A stretch of DNA of 64,000 bases from Pedosphaera sp. (GTDB taxonomy: Bacteria; Verrucomicrobiota; Verrucomicrobiia; Limisphaerales; SIBH01). The notes beneath the pieces are model-generated. The model saw only the letters and a list, made by a program, of their open reading frames with translations, was not told the origin of the DNA and did not search any database. The DNA lies in the NCBI GenBank assembly GCA_031414955.1, contig JANOQV010000152.1, forward strand, positions 1-64,000, read 5' to 3'. Both the position numbers and the translations under genes were made by a program. Positions within the stretch are counted from its first letter, which is position 1; each line of letters starts with the position of its first letter. Below, in pieces: positions 63,519 through 64,000 of the stretch.

Positions 63519-64000
63519 ATGAGCAACTTGAAACGAAAGTCCCGCCGGCGATCGCTGCTGATCATCACGCTGCTGATCTTCGCCGGCCTGGGCACGGGCG
63601 CTTATCTCCATTTCCGCAAGCGCGAAGTCATCATCACGGTCCAGACTGAGGAGGCTGCGCGCAGGAACATCACGGAGTTGGTCGTGGCCAACGGAAAAAT
63701 TCAACCTGTGGTCCAGGTGGTGATCAACCCGGAGGTGAGCGGGGAGATTATTGAGTTGCCGGTCAAGGAAGGGCAGCCGGTGAAGAAGGGCGACCTGCTG
63801 GTGAAGATCAAACCGGACAATTACCTGGCCAGCCGAAACTCGGCCGAGGCGAACTACAAGTCCTCGATGGCCGGCAGGACGCTGGCGCTGGCCAATCTGC
63901 GCAAGGCGGAGATCGAACTGAAGCGCGCCAAGGAACTCTCCGTGACCAGGCTGATTTCCGAATCACAACTGCTCGACGCGCAGACGTCGTTCGAGGTTAT
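63519..64000 (+). CDS. Efflux periplasmic adaptor (MacA/HlyD-like), truncated by the window end
   Basis: Translated by hand: MSNLKRKSRRRSLLIITLLIFAGLG..NITELVVANGKIQP..VINPEVSGEIIELPVKEGQPVKKGDLLVKI; open to position 64000. Confidence 0.88.
   Translation, partial: MSNLKRKSRRRSLLIITLLIFAGLGTGAYLHFRKREVIITVQTEEAARRNITELVVANGKIQPVVQVVINPEVSGEIIELPVKEGQPVKKGDLLVKIKPDNYLASRNSAEANYKSSMAGRTLALANLRKAEIELKRAKELSVTRLISESQLLDAQTSFEV

Overview
GC-rich bacterial DNA whose gene content (DUF1501 plus planctomycete cytochrome c/DUF1549/DUF1553 pair, sulfatase, very large secreted proteins) points to Verrucomicrobiota, probably Limisphaerales/Pedosphaera-like; this is inferred, not searched. Housekeeping genes are scattered singly: yhbY, carA, hemB, hisF, uxaE, and ilvB with a clear Ile/Leu/Val leader-peptide attenuator. 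About 29 kb encodes secreted proteins: a ~2960-aa M36+S8 dual protease, two tandem PQQ-type beta-propeller/Ig-repeat paralogs (one with the catalytic-position His replaced by Gln), a ~2280-aa Ig-repeat protein, a phytase-like gene broken by an in-frame amber codon, and a LamG protein. These six share an uncharacterised ~65-85-aa module ending in (R/Q)F(F/Y)R and appear strongly enriched in Thr-Asn dipeptides, suggesting a lineage-specific surface-sorting and/or modification system. Between uxaE and ilvB is a ~6.9-kb candidate defence island: HTH plus an orphan atypical DNA methyltransferase, a ParE/RelE-type toxin-antitoxin pair, and a ravA-viaA operon whose middle is replaced by an SF1 helicase plus winged-helix-like gene pair (Mokosh-like). 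Also present are a CHASE-PAS histidine kinase with response regulator and GAF protein, SorAB-like sulfite dehydrogenase, an OPT transporter, REPIN/MITE-like inverted repeats, and several apparently leaderless genes. No rRNA, tRNA, CRISPR array or transposase was recognised.
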